Assembly (NCBI GenBank): GCA_963704165.1
Contig: CAVPHD010000012.1
Span: 32,001-96,000, forward strand
Length of the DNA: 64,000 bases
Reading direction: 5' to 3'
From: an uncultured delta proteobacterium
GTDB lineage: Bacteria > Myxococcota_A > UBA9160 > SZUA-336
In this document: piece by piece, positions 32,824-43,729 of the stretch
Layout: each line of letters starts with the position of its first letter
How positions within the stretch are numbered: the stretch's first letter is position 1
The notes under the pieces: model-generated
Seen by the model: only the letters and a program-made list of their open reading frames with translations
Databases searched by the model: none
Told to the model about the DNA's origin: nothing
Program-made: the position numbers and the translations under genes

Positions 32824-33860
32824 CAGCTATCTCCAACGGCAACGAGGTTGCGCGGCAGAATGCTCGCGCTGAAGCTGCGGCGCCGGAATCGGTCCGGTGC
32901 GACGGCGGCCAGGCGATTCGCGAGAGCGGGACGCCCTCCGACGATGCGACCGTGCGCGGAGTCGGCGGCCTCTTCCTGGTTCGTGCGCGCGAGCACCGAT
33001 ACGCGCACGCGGCGCACCGTCGACATGTCCGCCGGAATTGCGCCGGCGGGCGGATCCGGGTTGTTCAGCGTGTTGACCGGGAACTCGGTGTCGGCGTCCT
33101 GAACGCCGTTCGGCGTGCCGGCGTTGTCGAGCCAGTATTCGATCTGCATGTCCTCGATCGACGAGGCGAGCAAGAGGCCGTTCCGGCGCAGCTCGAGCGC
33201 GGCGGGATCGACCTCGTAGACCTGTGCGGGAACCGCGCGCAGCTGCGGACCGACACCGGACGTGATGTAGGCGGTCGCGTCGCCGAACTCGACGGTGTCG
33301 TCCGTGTCGTGATCCTCGAAGTAGATGACGTTGCCGACGATCCGGGTGATGCGCGCGCAGAAGGTCTCGGTTGGGGACGAGATGATGATCCCGCCGCCGT
33401 TGCCGCCACCCGCGACGGTCGGCGCGAGGAAGTCGATCACGGGCGCGCTGCCGTCGATGTCGAGACTCGAGACGGTCACCCGATCGGCCGAGAGCGCCGT
33501 CACCTGCGCGCCGTCGAAGGGCAGCGTCTTCGTGTCGAGCGGCGAGGGTGCGCCGGTGAAGTCGAAGTACGAAGCATCGGAGACGCAGAAACGGTCGGAC
33601 GCGTCGTCGCCACCGTCCACGCTCGAGACCGCCGTCCACTGGGGCACCATGAAACCACCCATGCGCGTGTCGAAGGAGACCAGGTCGAGCGTGAGGCGCG
33701 CCTGCTCCTGCACGTCCAGGGCGCGCTCGTTGCTCGAGTACACGCGCTTCTGGTTGCTGAACACGACCAGGAGCTGCGCGGTGATCAATCCAAAGACGGC
33801 CACCGAAACCATCAGCTCGATCAGGGAGAAACCCGCGGAGGAGCGAAGCTGGGCGCGCAT
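32823..33860 (-). CDS. pilW: PilW-like minor pilin
   Basis: GFSLIELMVSV prepilin motif, DTRMGGF, LASSIEDMQIEY, VRVSVLART, ILPRN. Confidence 0.85.
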   Translation of the reverse strand: MRAQLRSSAGFSLIELMVSVAVFGLITAQLLVVFSNQKRVYSSNERALDVQEQARLTLDLVSFDTRMGGFMVPQWTAVSSVDGGDDASDRFCVSDASYFDFTGAPSPLDTKTLPFDGAQVTALSADRVTVSSLDIDGSAPVIDFLAPTVAGGGNGGGIIISSPTETFCARITRIVGNVIYFEDHDTDDTVEFGDATAYITSGVGPQLRAVPAQVYEVDPAALELRRNGLLLASSIEDMQIEYWLDNAGTPNGVQDADTEFPVNTLNNPDPPAGAIPADMSTVRRVRVSVLARTNQEEAADSAHGRIVGGRPALANRLAAVAPDRFRRRSFSASILPRNLVAVGDS

Positions 33861-33861
33861 C

Positions 33862-34296
33862 TCAGTTCATCCTCTTCACGGAGTTGAGCTGGACCTGCCG
33901 CACTCCGCCCTGCGCGTTGTTCCAGGTCACGGTCACCGCAACCTGAGCGAGGCCCGCGGCCGGAACGTTCGGCGTCACCGTGACGCTGCGGTTGAAGCGC
34001 GTCAGGTCGTCGGGGTCGCTGCTCGCCTGGATCGGGTTGGCCGGGTCGTCCGTCGTCGCGGCGGCCTGAAGGAAGGCCGCGTTCAGTGGCAGCGCCTCGA
34101 TGTCGTCCATCTGCTCGCGCGCCAGGAACATCGCCTGCTGCAGGTTCTTGCTGCGCGACGAGACCTTGATGGCAGAGAGCTGTGCCACGGCGATCGAGAG
34201 CAGACCCACGCCGAGGATGACCATCGCGATCATCACCTCGAGAAGCGTGAAGCCCGACTCGGTTCGCGAATCGCTGTTTCGTCGATGAAGCTTCAT
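33862..34296 (-). CDS. pilV: PilV-like minor pilin
   Basis: GFTLLEVMIAMVILGVGLLSIA, AMFLAREQMD, VTVTW. Confidence 0.85.
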   Translation of the reverse strand: MKLHRRNSDSRTESGFTLLEVMIAMVILGVGLLSIAVAQLSAIKVSSRSKNLQQAMFLAREQMDDIEALPLNAAFLQAAATTDDPANPIQASSDPDDLTRFNRSVTVTPNVPAAGLAQVAVTVTWNNAQGGVRQVQLNSVKRMN

Positions 34297-34298
34297 GG

Positions 34299-34973
34299 CT
34301 AGTGCCACTCCCCTCTTGCAACGTCGAGTCTTTGGAGCTTCACCGACCCGAGCGGCATGACGAGAACCGCGAGAACCACGTTGTCGTTGTCGGTGATGTA
34401 GATGCCGCCCGCTCCGGTGCCCCACTCGGCGGGTGTGTCGATCGCGACCGCGGCGCCCTGCGGCGAGAATGCGGCGACGGGGATGCCGAGCTCGGCGGAG
34501 TCGGGCAGCGTCGTGCCGTCCGCGAGCGAGCCGAGGTCGGCTCCCTGCTCCGTGCCCGTCTGATCTTCGGCGGGGATCGCGAGTGCGGAGTGCGGCGAGC
34601 TCGTGACCCCGTAGAACGAGACGCTGGGACTCAATCCACTGTCGGGGAAGATCGGCACGATCGTGTCGGCCGCGGTCACGCGGTTGTCGCCGTCGTCATC
34701 CGTGACGAAGGCCGCGATCTGTCCGGGCACGAACGGCGCGACCCCATTGGTCGGTTCCCCGAAGAGCAGGAACGTCATCCGACCGGTCGCGATCGCGCGG
34801 TCACGCGCGTTCGAGATCATTCCGCTGACGCTGACGGCCGCGCGCCGGGTGTCTTCCTTGCGCTTGTAGCTCGTCATCGCGGGCATCGCCATCGCGACCA
34901 CGATGCCCATGATCGCCACGACGACCATGAGCTCGATCAGCGTGAAGCCTTCTCGATCGCGAAATCTTTTCAT
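34299..34973 (-). CDS. fimU: FimT/FimU-like minor pilin
   Basis: GFTLIELMVVVAIMGI, NARDRAI, AFSPQG; SD GGAGG. Confidence 0.8.
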   Translation of the reverse strand: MKRFRDREGFTLIELMVVVAIMGIVVAMAMPAMTSYKRKEDTRRAAVSVSGMISNARDRAIATGRMTFLLFGEPTNGVAPFVPGQIAAFVTDDDGDNRVTAADTIVPIFPDSGLSPSVSFYGVTSSPHSALAIPAEDQTGTEQGADLGSLADGTTLPDSAELGIPVAAFSPQGAAVAIDTPAEWGTGAGGIYITDNDNVVLAVLVMPLGSVKLQRLDVARGEWH

Positions 34974-34999
34974 GATCCTCGCCTCCGCGGGGAGAGAGG

Positions 35000-35015
35000 A
35001 GCAACGCTCGTGCCG
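35000..35015 (-). promoter_or_regulatory. sigma54 (-24/-12) promoter of the minor pilin cluster
   Basis: Minus strand CGGCAC-GAGCG-TTGCT, about 27 nt upstream of ATG 34973. Confidence 0.72.
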
Positions 35016-35160
35016 CAGGCCGAGAGACGCGTAGCTGGCGCCTCGCGGTGGTTTCGGGGCCGCGGCGTCGGCAACGAATGCCGACCCGGAAAAGCTTGCG
35101 CGGCCACCGGGCTTCCTGCACAAATGGCGATCCGATCCCCGTCTTATTGAGGAGCTGCTC

Positions 35161-36769
35161 GTGCCGACCCCCATCTCCCCCGATCGAACCCGCAAGAGCC
35201 CTGGCCTCGCTCGAGGCGCCGCTCGCGCGCGCAATTGCGAGCGCACGCGCACGCGACATCGACGAGCAACAGGTCGGAATCGCTCGGCTCGCCGACATCG
35301 CGACGAAGCTCCGCGCCGCGCGGGATCTCGACACCTACGCCGCGACCGCGGGGCCACAGTTCCAGGAGCAGTCCGCGGTCTTCGCCGGACACGTCGCGAG
35401 CGAGGTCGAGCGGCTCGTGCAGGTCCACGGGCCCGAGCACGGCCTGACGAGCGCCGACCTGCCGGGTGAAGAGACCCAGGCCTTCGCACGGGAGGCGCAG
35501 TCCGAGGAGCGCGTCCGCGCGATCGGTCGCGCGGTCGCACAGCAGCGCGGACGGAACGACTGCCCGCTCGACGAAACGCTCGTTCTCGCAAGGGACGCGG
35601 CGCGCGCCTTCGCCGAGAGCGAGGTCGCGCCCCACGCCGAGCGCATCCACCGCAACGACGAGCTCGTGCCCGAGAGCTTCCTCGAGATGATGGCCGAGCT
35701 CGGCTACTTCGGACTCTCGGTGCCGGAGCAGTACGGCGGCGTCGAGATGGGCAACGTCGCGATGTGCATCACCACCGAGGAGCTCTCTCGCGCCTCGCTC
35801 GCGGCCGCGGGCTCGTTGATCACGCGGCCCGAGATCCTCGCCAAGGCCCTGCTCGCGGGTGGCACCGAGGCTCAGAAGAGCCACTGGCTGCCGAAGATCG
35901 CCGCCGGCGAACTGATGGTCGGCATCAGCGTGACCGAGCCCGACATCGGCAGCGACGTCGCGGGCGTGAAGTGCCGGGCCGAGCGTGCGACGCAGAACGG
36001 TGTCGCTGGTTGGACGATCACCGGTCCGAAGGCCTGGTGCACGTTCGCCGGACGCGCCGACATCCTGGCGCTGCTCGCGCGCACGGATCCCGACATGAAG
36101 AAGGGCGCGCGCGGGCTCACGCTCTTCATCGTGCCGAAGGAGCGCGCGCTCGGGCACGAGTTCGAGCTGCAGCAGCCCGGCGGCGGGCGTCTCGCGGGGA
36201 AGGCCGACGCCACTCCGGGCTATCGCGGCATGCACTCCTTCACGCTCAACTTCGAGCGCTGGTTCGTGCCCGCCGAGAACGCCGTCGGCGGCGAGGACGG
36301 GATCGGCAAGGGCTTCTTCCTGCAGATGGGTGGATTCGCCGCGGGTCGGCTTCAGACGGCGGGCCGCGCGTGCGGCGTCGCGCAGGCCGCGCTCGAGAAG
36401 ACCGCCGAGTACGTCATCGACCGCGCGCAGTTCGGCACACGGCTGATCGACTTCCAGCTCACGCAGTACAAGCTCGGTTGGATGGCCGCGCAGATCGCGG
36501 CCGCGCGCGCGATCACCTACGCCGCAGCCGCTGCGATGGACGAGGACGAGCGCAAGGCCGCGCCGTATGCCGCACAGGCCAAGTTGCTCGCCTGCGACGT
36601 CGCCGTCGCCGTCACCCAGGACGGCCAGCTTCTGCACGGCGGTTGGGGCTACGCGGAGGAGTATCCGATCAGCCGGTACGTCGTCGATGCGCAGGTGCTG
36701 CCGATCTTCGAGGGCGTGAAGCCGATCCTGCAGCTCAAGGTGATCGGGCGCGCGCTGCTCGGCAGCTGA
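35161..36769 (+). CDS. Acyl-CoA dehydrogenase (apparent extra C in C-run near 35178)
   Basis: SD GAGGAG + GTG; ELGYFGLSVPEQYGG, VTEPDIGSD, GPKAWCT, RAQFG, LHGGWGYAEEY, IFEG. Confidence 0.9.
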
Positions 36770-37067
36770 TGAAATCGGACCTCGATCAGATCGACATCGT
36801 GGTCGGAGACATGGAGGCGAGCCTCGCGTTCTACCGCGCGCTCGGCGTCGAGATTCCGGAGTCGGCGATCTGGCGGACCGCGAGCGGTGCGCGGACGTGG
36901 ACCTCATCCACGAACGGTTGACGCGTCTCGGCCATCCGAGCTCACAGGAGCCGTACGACGCCTTCTGGGGCTCTCGTTACGCGATCGTCCTGGATCCGGA
37001 CGGAAACCACGTCGGAATCATGAGCGATGCCGACCCGGCTCGGCGATCCGCTCCGCCCGACCTCTAG
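36769..37067 (+). pseudogene. VOC/glyoxalase family gene with internal deletion and frameshift
   Basis: MKSDLDQIDIVVGDMEASLAFYRALG...WRTASGA joins out of frame to DVDLIHERL...EPYDAFWGSRYAIVLDPDGNHVG; central strands missing. Confidence 0.7.
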
Positions 37068-37089
37068 TCGGATTCCGGGCGGGTCCGAC

Positions 37090-37938
37090 TCAGTCGCCCG
37101 GCGTCGCAGGCTTCGCGTCATCGAGCGTCGTGACACGGACGACGAGCAGCGATTCACTCGCGCCGGACTCGCGTGCCGCGCCACTCGGAAAATCCATCCC
37201 CGAGCTCGCCTCGGATCCGGAGACGCCGGCGATCGCCACCGATTCGCCGGGCCGGACGCGGACCCGGGTCGACGCGCTGGTCTCTCGGATCGACCCGTCG
37301 CGATCGAGCTCCCGGACGATCGGAGTGATCTCGACCTCGATCCCGTCCTCACCCACGCTGCGCGGGCGGACACGGAAGCCGCTTCGGACGGGCACGAAAC
37401 CGGTCGATTCGGTGGTGCGGGAGTACGGCCCGACCCGCTCGAAGGTTCGGGTCGTGACCGCGTGGTCGGCACCGGTCCAGATCTCGGCCGAATGGCCCTC
37501 CATCACCACCACGCTCGCCGCGATCCGCTCGTTCGAGCCCGTGCTTCCCGCGCCGGCGCGAAGGCGTACGCCCTCGGGTCCGACGACCCGGCCGATGCGG
37601 ACACCACCGGCCTCGACCCAGCCGGTGACGCTCGCCGATACCCGGTCGAGTGCCGCGCGGCTCGAGGTCTCCGACTCGACCCGGTATTGGCGCACGCCCT
37701 GATCGAGCTCGCGCAGCGCGGCGAGCGCCCGCGCGACCGATTCGGGGTCACCCGAGATCACGATCTTTCCCGAGTGGGGATCGGCGACGACGGCCCCCCC
37801 ACCCGCGAGCAGCGCCTGGACCAGCGGCGCGAGCTCCTCGGCGGGGCGATTCTTCGGCACGTAGATCTCGAAGCCGCCGGCGATGGCCGCGACGGCGAGG
37901 CTCGCGATCGCGACTCCGAGCAGGAGCGCCGACTTGAC
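37090..37938 (-). CDS. Short secretin-like protein (N3/NolW-like domain + partial secretin domain)
   Basis: Signal-like N-terminus, [20 protein letters not shown]...[30 protein letters not shown]; no canonical in-frame start seen. Confidence 0.7.
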   Translation of the reverse strand, partial: VKSALLLGVAIASLAVAAIAGGFEIYVPKNRPAEELAPLVQALLAGGGAVVADPHSGKIVISGDPESVARALAALRELDQGVRQYRVESETSSRAALDRVSASVTGWVEAGGVRIGRVVGPEGVRLRAGAGSTGSNERIAASVVVMEGHSAEIWTGADHAVTTRTFERVGPYSRTTESTGFVPVRSGFRVRPRSVGEDGIEVEITPIVRELDRDGSIRETSASTRVRVRPGESVAIAGVSGSEASSGMDFPSGAARESGASESLLVVRVTTLDDAKPATPGD

Positions 37939-37961
37939 ACCCCTGCGCTCGCCCGTACGAT
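37934..37961 (+). promoter_or_regulatory. sigma70-type promoter of groES-groEL
   Basis: TTGACA-N16-TACGAT about 100 nt upstream of groES ATG. Confidence 0.55.
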
Positions 37962-38006
37962 GCGGCCCGCGCGCAGTCGCGTGATAGCTCGCCCGAAGGC
38001 GCGCGG

Positions 38007-38037
38007 ACTCACCCCCAAACTCACCCCCAACCCCAAC
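38007..38037 (+). repeat. C-rich direct repeat in groES 5' region
   Basis: ACTCACCCCCAA twice, followed by CCCCAAC. Confidence 0.75.
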
Positions 38038-38058
38038 GACAGGGAGATCCGGGAAACC

Positions 38059-38352
38059 ATGGCAAGCAAGGTTCGTCCGCTTCACAACCGCATCATTGTG
38101 CAGCGCATCAAGGAAGAGGAGAAGACCGCGGGCGGGATCATCATTCCCGACACGGCCAAAGAGAAGCCGACCGAGGGCAAGGTGATCGCCGCCGGACCGG
38201 GCCGACGCGACGAGAAGGGCAACCTGGTCGCCATGGACGTGAAGAAGGGCGATCGCGTGCTGTTCTCGAAGTACTCGGGAAACGAAGTGAACCTCGATGG
38301 CGAGGAGCACCTGATCATCTCCGAGGACGATGTCCTCGCGATCCTGGAGTAG
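38059..38352 (+). CDS. groES: Co-chaperonin GroES
   Basis: [39 protein letters not shown]. Confidence 0.97.
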   Translation: MASKVRPLHNRIIVQRIKEEEKTAGGIIIPDTAKEKPTEGKVIAAGPGRRDEKGNLVAMDVKKGDRVLFSKYSGNEVNLDGEEHLIISEDDVLAILE

Positions 38353-40035
<1,683 letters not shown>

Positions 40036-40039
40036 GCCA

Positions 40040-40073
40040 GCGCGGACGGTGCGGTTCTCCGCGCCGTCCGCGC
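40040..40073 (+). terminator. groEL terminator hairpin
   Basis: GCGCGGACGGTGCGG-TTCT-CCGCGCCGTCCGCGC followed by TTC. Confidence 0.7.
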
Positions 40074-40084
40074 TTCGCTCGGGA

Positions 40085-40942
40085 TCAAAAGACCACCGTC
40101 CTCCGGCCGAGCGCGAGGATCCGGTCCTCGAGGTGCGCGATCACCGCGCGTGCCAGTACCACGCGCTCGACGTCGCGGCCCTTTCGCACGAGATCGCCGA
40201 TCGCGTCGTGATGCGAGACGGCGACCACGTCCTGCTCGATGATCGGCCCCTCGTCGAGCTCGGTCGTCGCGTAGTGCGCCGTGGCGCCGATGCGCTTCAC
40301 GCCGCGTTCCCATGCCTGGTGATACGGTCGCGCGCCACTGAACGCCGGCAGCGTGCTGTGGTGGATGTTGATGATGCGCTCCGGGAACGCCGACACGAAT
40401 CGCTCGGACAAGACCTGCATGTACCGCGCGAGCACGACCAGGTCGATCCTCTCGCGCAGGAGCAGCTCGATCTCGCGCTCCTCCTGGGCTTCCTTCGTCG
40501 CCTTGTCGATCGGGAAGAGCTGGTACGCGACACCGAACTGCGACGCGATTCCCGAGAGATCCGGGTGGTTCGAGATGATCAGTGCAATCTCGCAGCGGAG
40601 CTCGCCAAGACGGTGCCGGATCAAGAGATCGTAGAGGCAGTGCTCGAACTTCGAGACGAAGATCGCGACTCGCTTTGGCCGGTCGGAATAGGAGATCCGC
40701 CAGCGCATCTGGTAGCGGCCGCATTCGATCGCCAGTAGCGCCTCGAGCTGCTCACGCGAGATGTCGAGCTCGCTCGAATCGAAATGGATGCGCTGGCTGA
40801 AGATCCGCTCCTGCGGGTCGAGATGCTGCTGCGCCTCGAGGATGTTGGCGCCGTGGTCGTGAAGCAGCTGTGCCATCGCCGCGACCAGGCCTTTTCGGTC
40901 CGGGCAGCAGAGCAGAAGCGTCGCCGTGGGCGCTTTGCTCAT
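40085..40942 (-). CDS. purU: Formyltetrahydrofolate deformylase
   Basis: CPDRKGLVA, VSKFEHCLYDLL, LARYMQVLS, INIHHS.LPAF.GARPYHQA, GATAHY, DEGPIIEQ. Confidence 0.96.
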   Translation of the reverse strand: MSKAPTATLLLCCPDRKGLVAAMAQLLHDHGANILEAQQHLDPQERIFSQRIHFDSSELDISREQLEALLAIECGRYQMRWRISYSDRPKRVAIFVSKFEHCLYDLLIRHRLGELRCEIALIISNHPDLSGIASQFGVAYQLFPIDKATKEAQEEREIELLLRERIDLVVLARYMQVLSERFVSAFPERIINIHHSTLPAFSGARPYHQAWERGVKRIGATAHYATTELDEGPIIEQDVVAVSHHDAIGDLVRKGRDVERVVLARAVIAHLEDRILALGRRTVVF

Positions 40943-41817
40943 TCCGCGTCCCTCGGGAACGACTGGCCGATCGCGATGCACGCCTGACGCGCCGTGCGTC
41001 CGCTGCGCGTGCCGCGCTCGAGCGCGAAGCGCAGCGCGAGCGATTCGAGCTCGGCGCGAGGCACTCGCCGGTCCAGCCCGAGCGCCCGCGCGTGAAGCTG
41101 AACGATCCGCAAATACGTCTCCTGGTCGAACGCGAAGAACGGCAGCATGAGTCCGAAGCGATCCGAGAGGGAGATCTTCTCTTCGGCCGTCTCTCCGGGG
41201 TGCAGGAGCCCGTCGACGTCCATCCGCGCCTCGGCGTTCTCGGACGAGCGCTCGGTCAGCAGGTGCCGGCGATTCGAAGTGGCGATGATCAACGCGTTCG
41301 CCGGACGAGCCTCGAGTCCGCCGTCGAGCTCCGCCTTGAGAAGCTTCCAGCTCGTGTCGCCCTCGTCGAACGAGAGATCGTCGCAGACCACTCCGAATCG
41401 CTCGGGCCTGCCGCGCAGGAGCTTCCAGAGCGACGGCAGCTCGAGGAGATCGTCACGCCGAACCTCGACGAGCCGGAACCCGCTCGAGGCGAACTCGGAG
41501 AGCAGGCCGCGAACCGCCGACGACTTGCCCGTGCCGCGTTCGCCGTAGAGCAACATGTCGAGCGCCGGCTCACCGCGCGTGAACGCCGCGACGTTGCTAC
41601 GCAGCTTCGCGATCGAACGCTCTACGCCGAGCAGCGCATCGAGCGGGTAGAGATCGGGATGCACGATCGGCGCGAGCGCGGAGCCGCGAAAGCGGAATGC
41701 GACCGCCTTCTCGGCGTCGCCGCTCGCGGGTGTTGCCTCGCCGCGAGAGAGCGCTTCTTCGAGCCGGCCGAGCACGCTCTCGATCCGGGGCAGAAGCGCA
41801 TCCCAGCTTCGCGTCAC
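40939..41817 (-). CDS. DUF815-type ATP-binding protein
   Basis: LLYGERGTGKSS, CDDLSF, LKAELDGGL, ATSNRRHL, EEKISLSDRFGL, RSGRTARQ. Confidence 0.88.
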   Translation of the reverse strand: MTRSWDALLPRIESVLGRLEEALSRGEATPASGDAEKAVAFRFRGSALAPIVHPDLYPLDALLGVERSIAKLRSNVAAFTRGEPALDMLLYGERGTGKSSAVRGLLSEFASSGFRLVEVRRDDLLELPSLWKLLRGRPERFGVVCDDLSFDEGDTSWKLLKAELDGGLEARPANALIIATSNRRHLLTERSSENAEARMDVDGLLHPGETAEEKISLSDRFGLMLPFFAFDQETYLRIVQLHARALGLDRRVPRAELESLALRFALERGTRSGRTARQACIAIGQSFPRDAE

Positions 41818-41845
41818 GTCCGCTCCGCCGAAATCACCATCGCGA

Positions 41846-42373
41846 TCAGAGCTTGAGACGGCTGCGCGTCCCACCACCGCGCGGCGCGATCAGACCGAGC
41901 AGGATTCCGACGAGGACGATGGCCGCCCCGGCCGTGAGCACCTTCCAGCGCGCGTTCGCGCTCGCGTTGGACGCATCGGCCTCGAGCACTCGATTGCGCT
42001 CGCGAAGCGCGGCGAGCTCCACGAGCTCCGCGGTCCGTGTCCCGAGCTCCTTGTCGAGCTCGGAAACGCGCGCTTCGGCCGTCGCCAACCTCTCTCGAAC
42101 GCGTGGAAGCTGGACGCTCGCCGGCTCCTCGTTCGAGACGTAGCCCTCGGGAACCCAACCCTCGAGGCCGCCGCTCCGCACCCGGACCCACTCACCGTCA
42201 CGGCCGAGTGTCTCCACGACCGCGCCAGCCGGCAGGATCTTCATGATCCGGAACTCGAGTCCCGGCCCGGCGCGCAGGTTGGCGCGCACCTCGCCATCGA
42301 CGAACTCCGCCACGGCGGAGCGCGAACCGAAGATCACGAGGGCAATCAGACAGAGCCAGCGAGCCACGCGCAT
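41846..42373 (-). CDS. SH3 domain protein (YgiM/HtrG-like) with coiled coil and C-terminal TM
   Basis: Signal peptide, NLRAGPG, WVRVR...EGWV, GAAIVLVGILLGLIAP. Confidence 0.85.
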   Translation of the reverse strand: MRVARWLCLIALVIFGSRSAVAEFVDGEVRANLRAGPGLEFRIMKILPAGAVVETLGRDGEWVRVRSGGLEGWVPEGYVSNEEPASVQLPRVRERLATAEARVSELDKELGTRTAELVELAALRERNRVLEADASNASANARWKVLTAGAAIVLVGILLGLIAPRGGGTRSRLKL

Positions 42374-42403
42374 TCTCTACCACCTCATGCGGGCAGGTTC
42401 CAG

Positions 42404-43729
42404 CTAGAAGAAGACCCGCGAGAAGACGAGCGCGGCTGCGATGCCCGTGAAATCGGCCGCCAGACAGACGAATACGGTATGGCGGGCCGCCCGCACACCG
42501 ACGCTTCCGAAATACAGCGCCAGAACGTAGAACGTCGTCTCGGTGCTGCCGTTGATCACCGAGACGAGGTAGCCCACGAACGAATCCGGTCCGTATGCCG
42601 TCATCGTCTCCGTCATCACCGCCATCGCACCGCTCCCCGAGAGCGGACGGATCAGCGCCATGGGTAGCGCCTCGGCCGGAAATCCCAGCAGCGACGTGAC
42701 GGGGGACACGGCGGCGGTCAGGGCTCCGAGCGCGCCAGAGTGCCGGAACATGGCGACACCGACGAGGATCGCGACCAGGTACGGAATGATCATGATGGCG
42801 ATCTCGAAGCCCTCGCGTGCACCCGCGATGAACGAGTCGTATACCTTCACCCGGCGAGCGAAGCCGAAGAGCACGATCGCGGCCATCAGCGTCGGGAGCA
42901 GCCAGGTGTTGAGCGCCTGCTTCATCTGCTCGAGGCCGCTCGAATCGGGCGCGCCCGTCGCGAGCTGTCGCACGAGTGCGAAGCCGAGCAGGACGAAGAA
43001 CGCGGCGAGGAGGAGTCGGCGAACGGGCTCGCTCCGGGCGCGGACGTTCGCGGTCTGCTCCGCCTCCGCGATTCCGGCGATCGCCGAATCGGCGGCCTTC
43101 GGAACGGCCTCGCCCCCGGCAGTCGCGGCCGCCGCGCGCTCGACCGAGAACACCGCGCGACGCTGGATCAGCTTCGCCACCCCAATCGCAGCGAGCGTCG
43201 AGCAGGCGGTCGCGAGGACGCTGGGTATGACGATCCCGGCGGCGTTGGTCGAGCCGAGGCTCGCGCGGATCGCGATGACGCCGAGTGGTAGCACGGCGAC
43301 ACCGGATGTGTTGATCGCCAGGAAGAGCGCCATCGAGTCGGTCGCGACGCCCGGCCGCGGATTCAGCGTCTCGAGCTCGCGCATCGCCTTCAGCCCGAAT
43401 GGCGTGGCCGCGTTTCCTAGGCCGAGCACGTTCGCCGCAAGGTTCAGGATCATCGCGCCCATCGCCGGGTGCTCGGGCGACACGTCCGGAAAGAGCCGGC
43501 GCATGATCGGCGCGAGCGCCCGGGCGATCGAGGCCATGAAACCCGCGTCCCGAAGCACGCGCATGAAACCGAGCCAGAGCGCCATCGGCCCGATCAGTCC
43601 GAAAGCGACCACCATCACGGCGTTCTTCGCGGCGTCGAGCGCCGCTTGATTGGTCTCCGACATCGTCCCGGAGAAGGCCGCGACCAGGACCGCGGAGGCA
43701 ATCAACGCGATGAAGATCGCGTTCAGCAC
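42404..43729 (-). CDS. SpmA/SpmB-like membrane protein (nucleoside recognition gate domains)
   Basis: LFPDV, ANVLGLGNAATPFGLKAM, FLAINTS, VYDSFIAGAREG, RPLSGSG, GSTETTFYVLALYFG. Confidence 0.88.
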   Translation of the reverse strand: MLNAIFIALIASAVLVAAFSGTMSETNQAALDAAKNAVMVVAFGLIGPMALWLGFMRVLRDAGFMASIARALAPIMRRLFPDVSPEHPAMGAMILNLAANVLGLGNAATPFGLKAMRELETLNPRPGVATDSMALFLAINTSGVAVLPLGVIAIRASLGSTNAAGIVIPSVLATACSTLAAIGVAKLIQRRAVFSVERAAAATAGGEAVPKAADSAIAGIAEAEQTANVRARSEPVRRLLLAAFFVLLGFALVRQLATGAPDSSGLEQMKQALNTWLLPTLMAAIVLFGFARRVKVYDSFIAGAREGFEIAIMIIPYLVAILVGVAMFRHSGALGALTAAVSPVTSLLGFPAEALPMALIRPLSGSGAMAVMTETMTAYGPDSFVGYLVSVINGSTETTFYVLALYFGSVGVRAARHTVFVCLAADFTGIAAALVFSRVFF

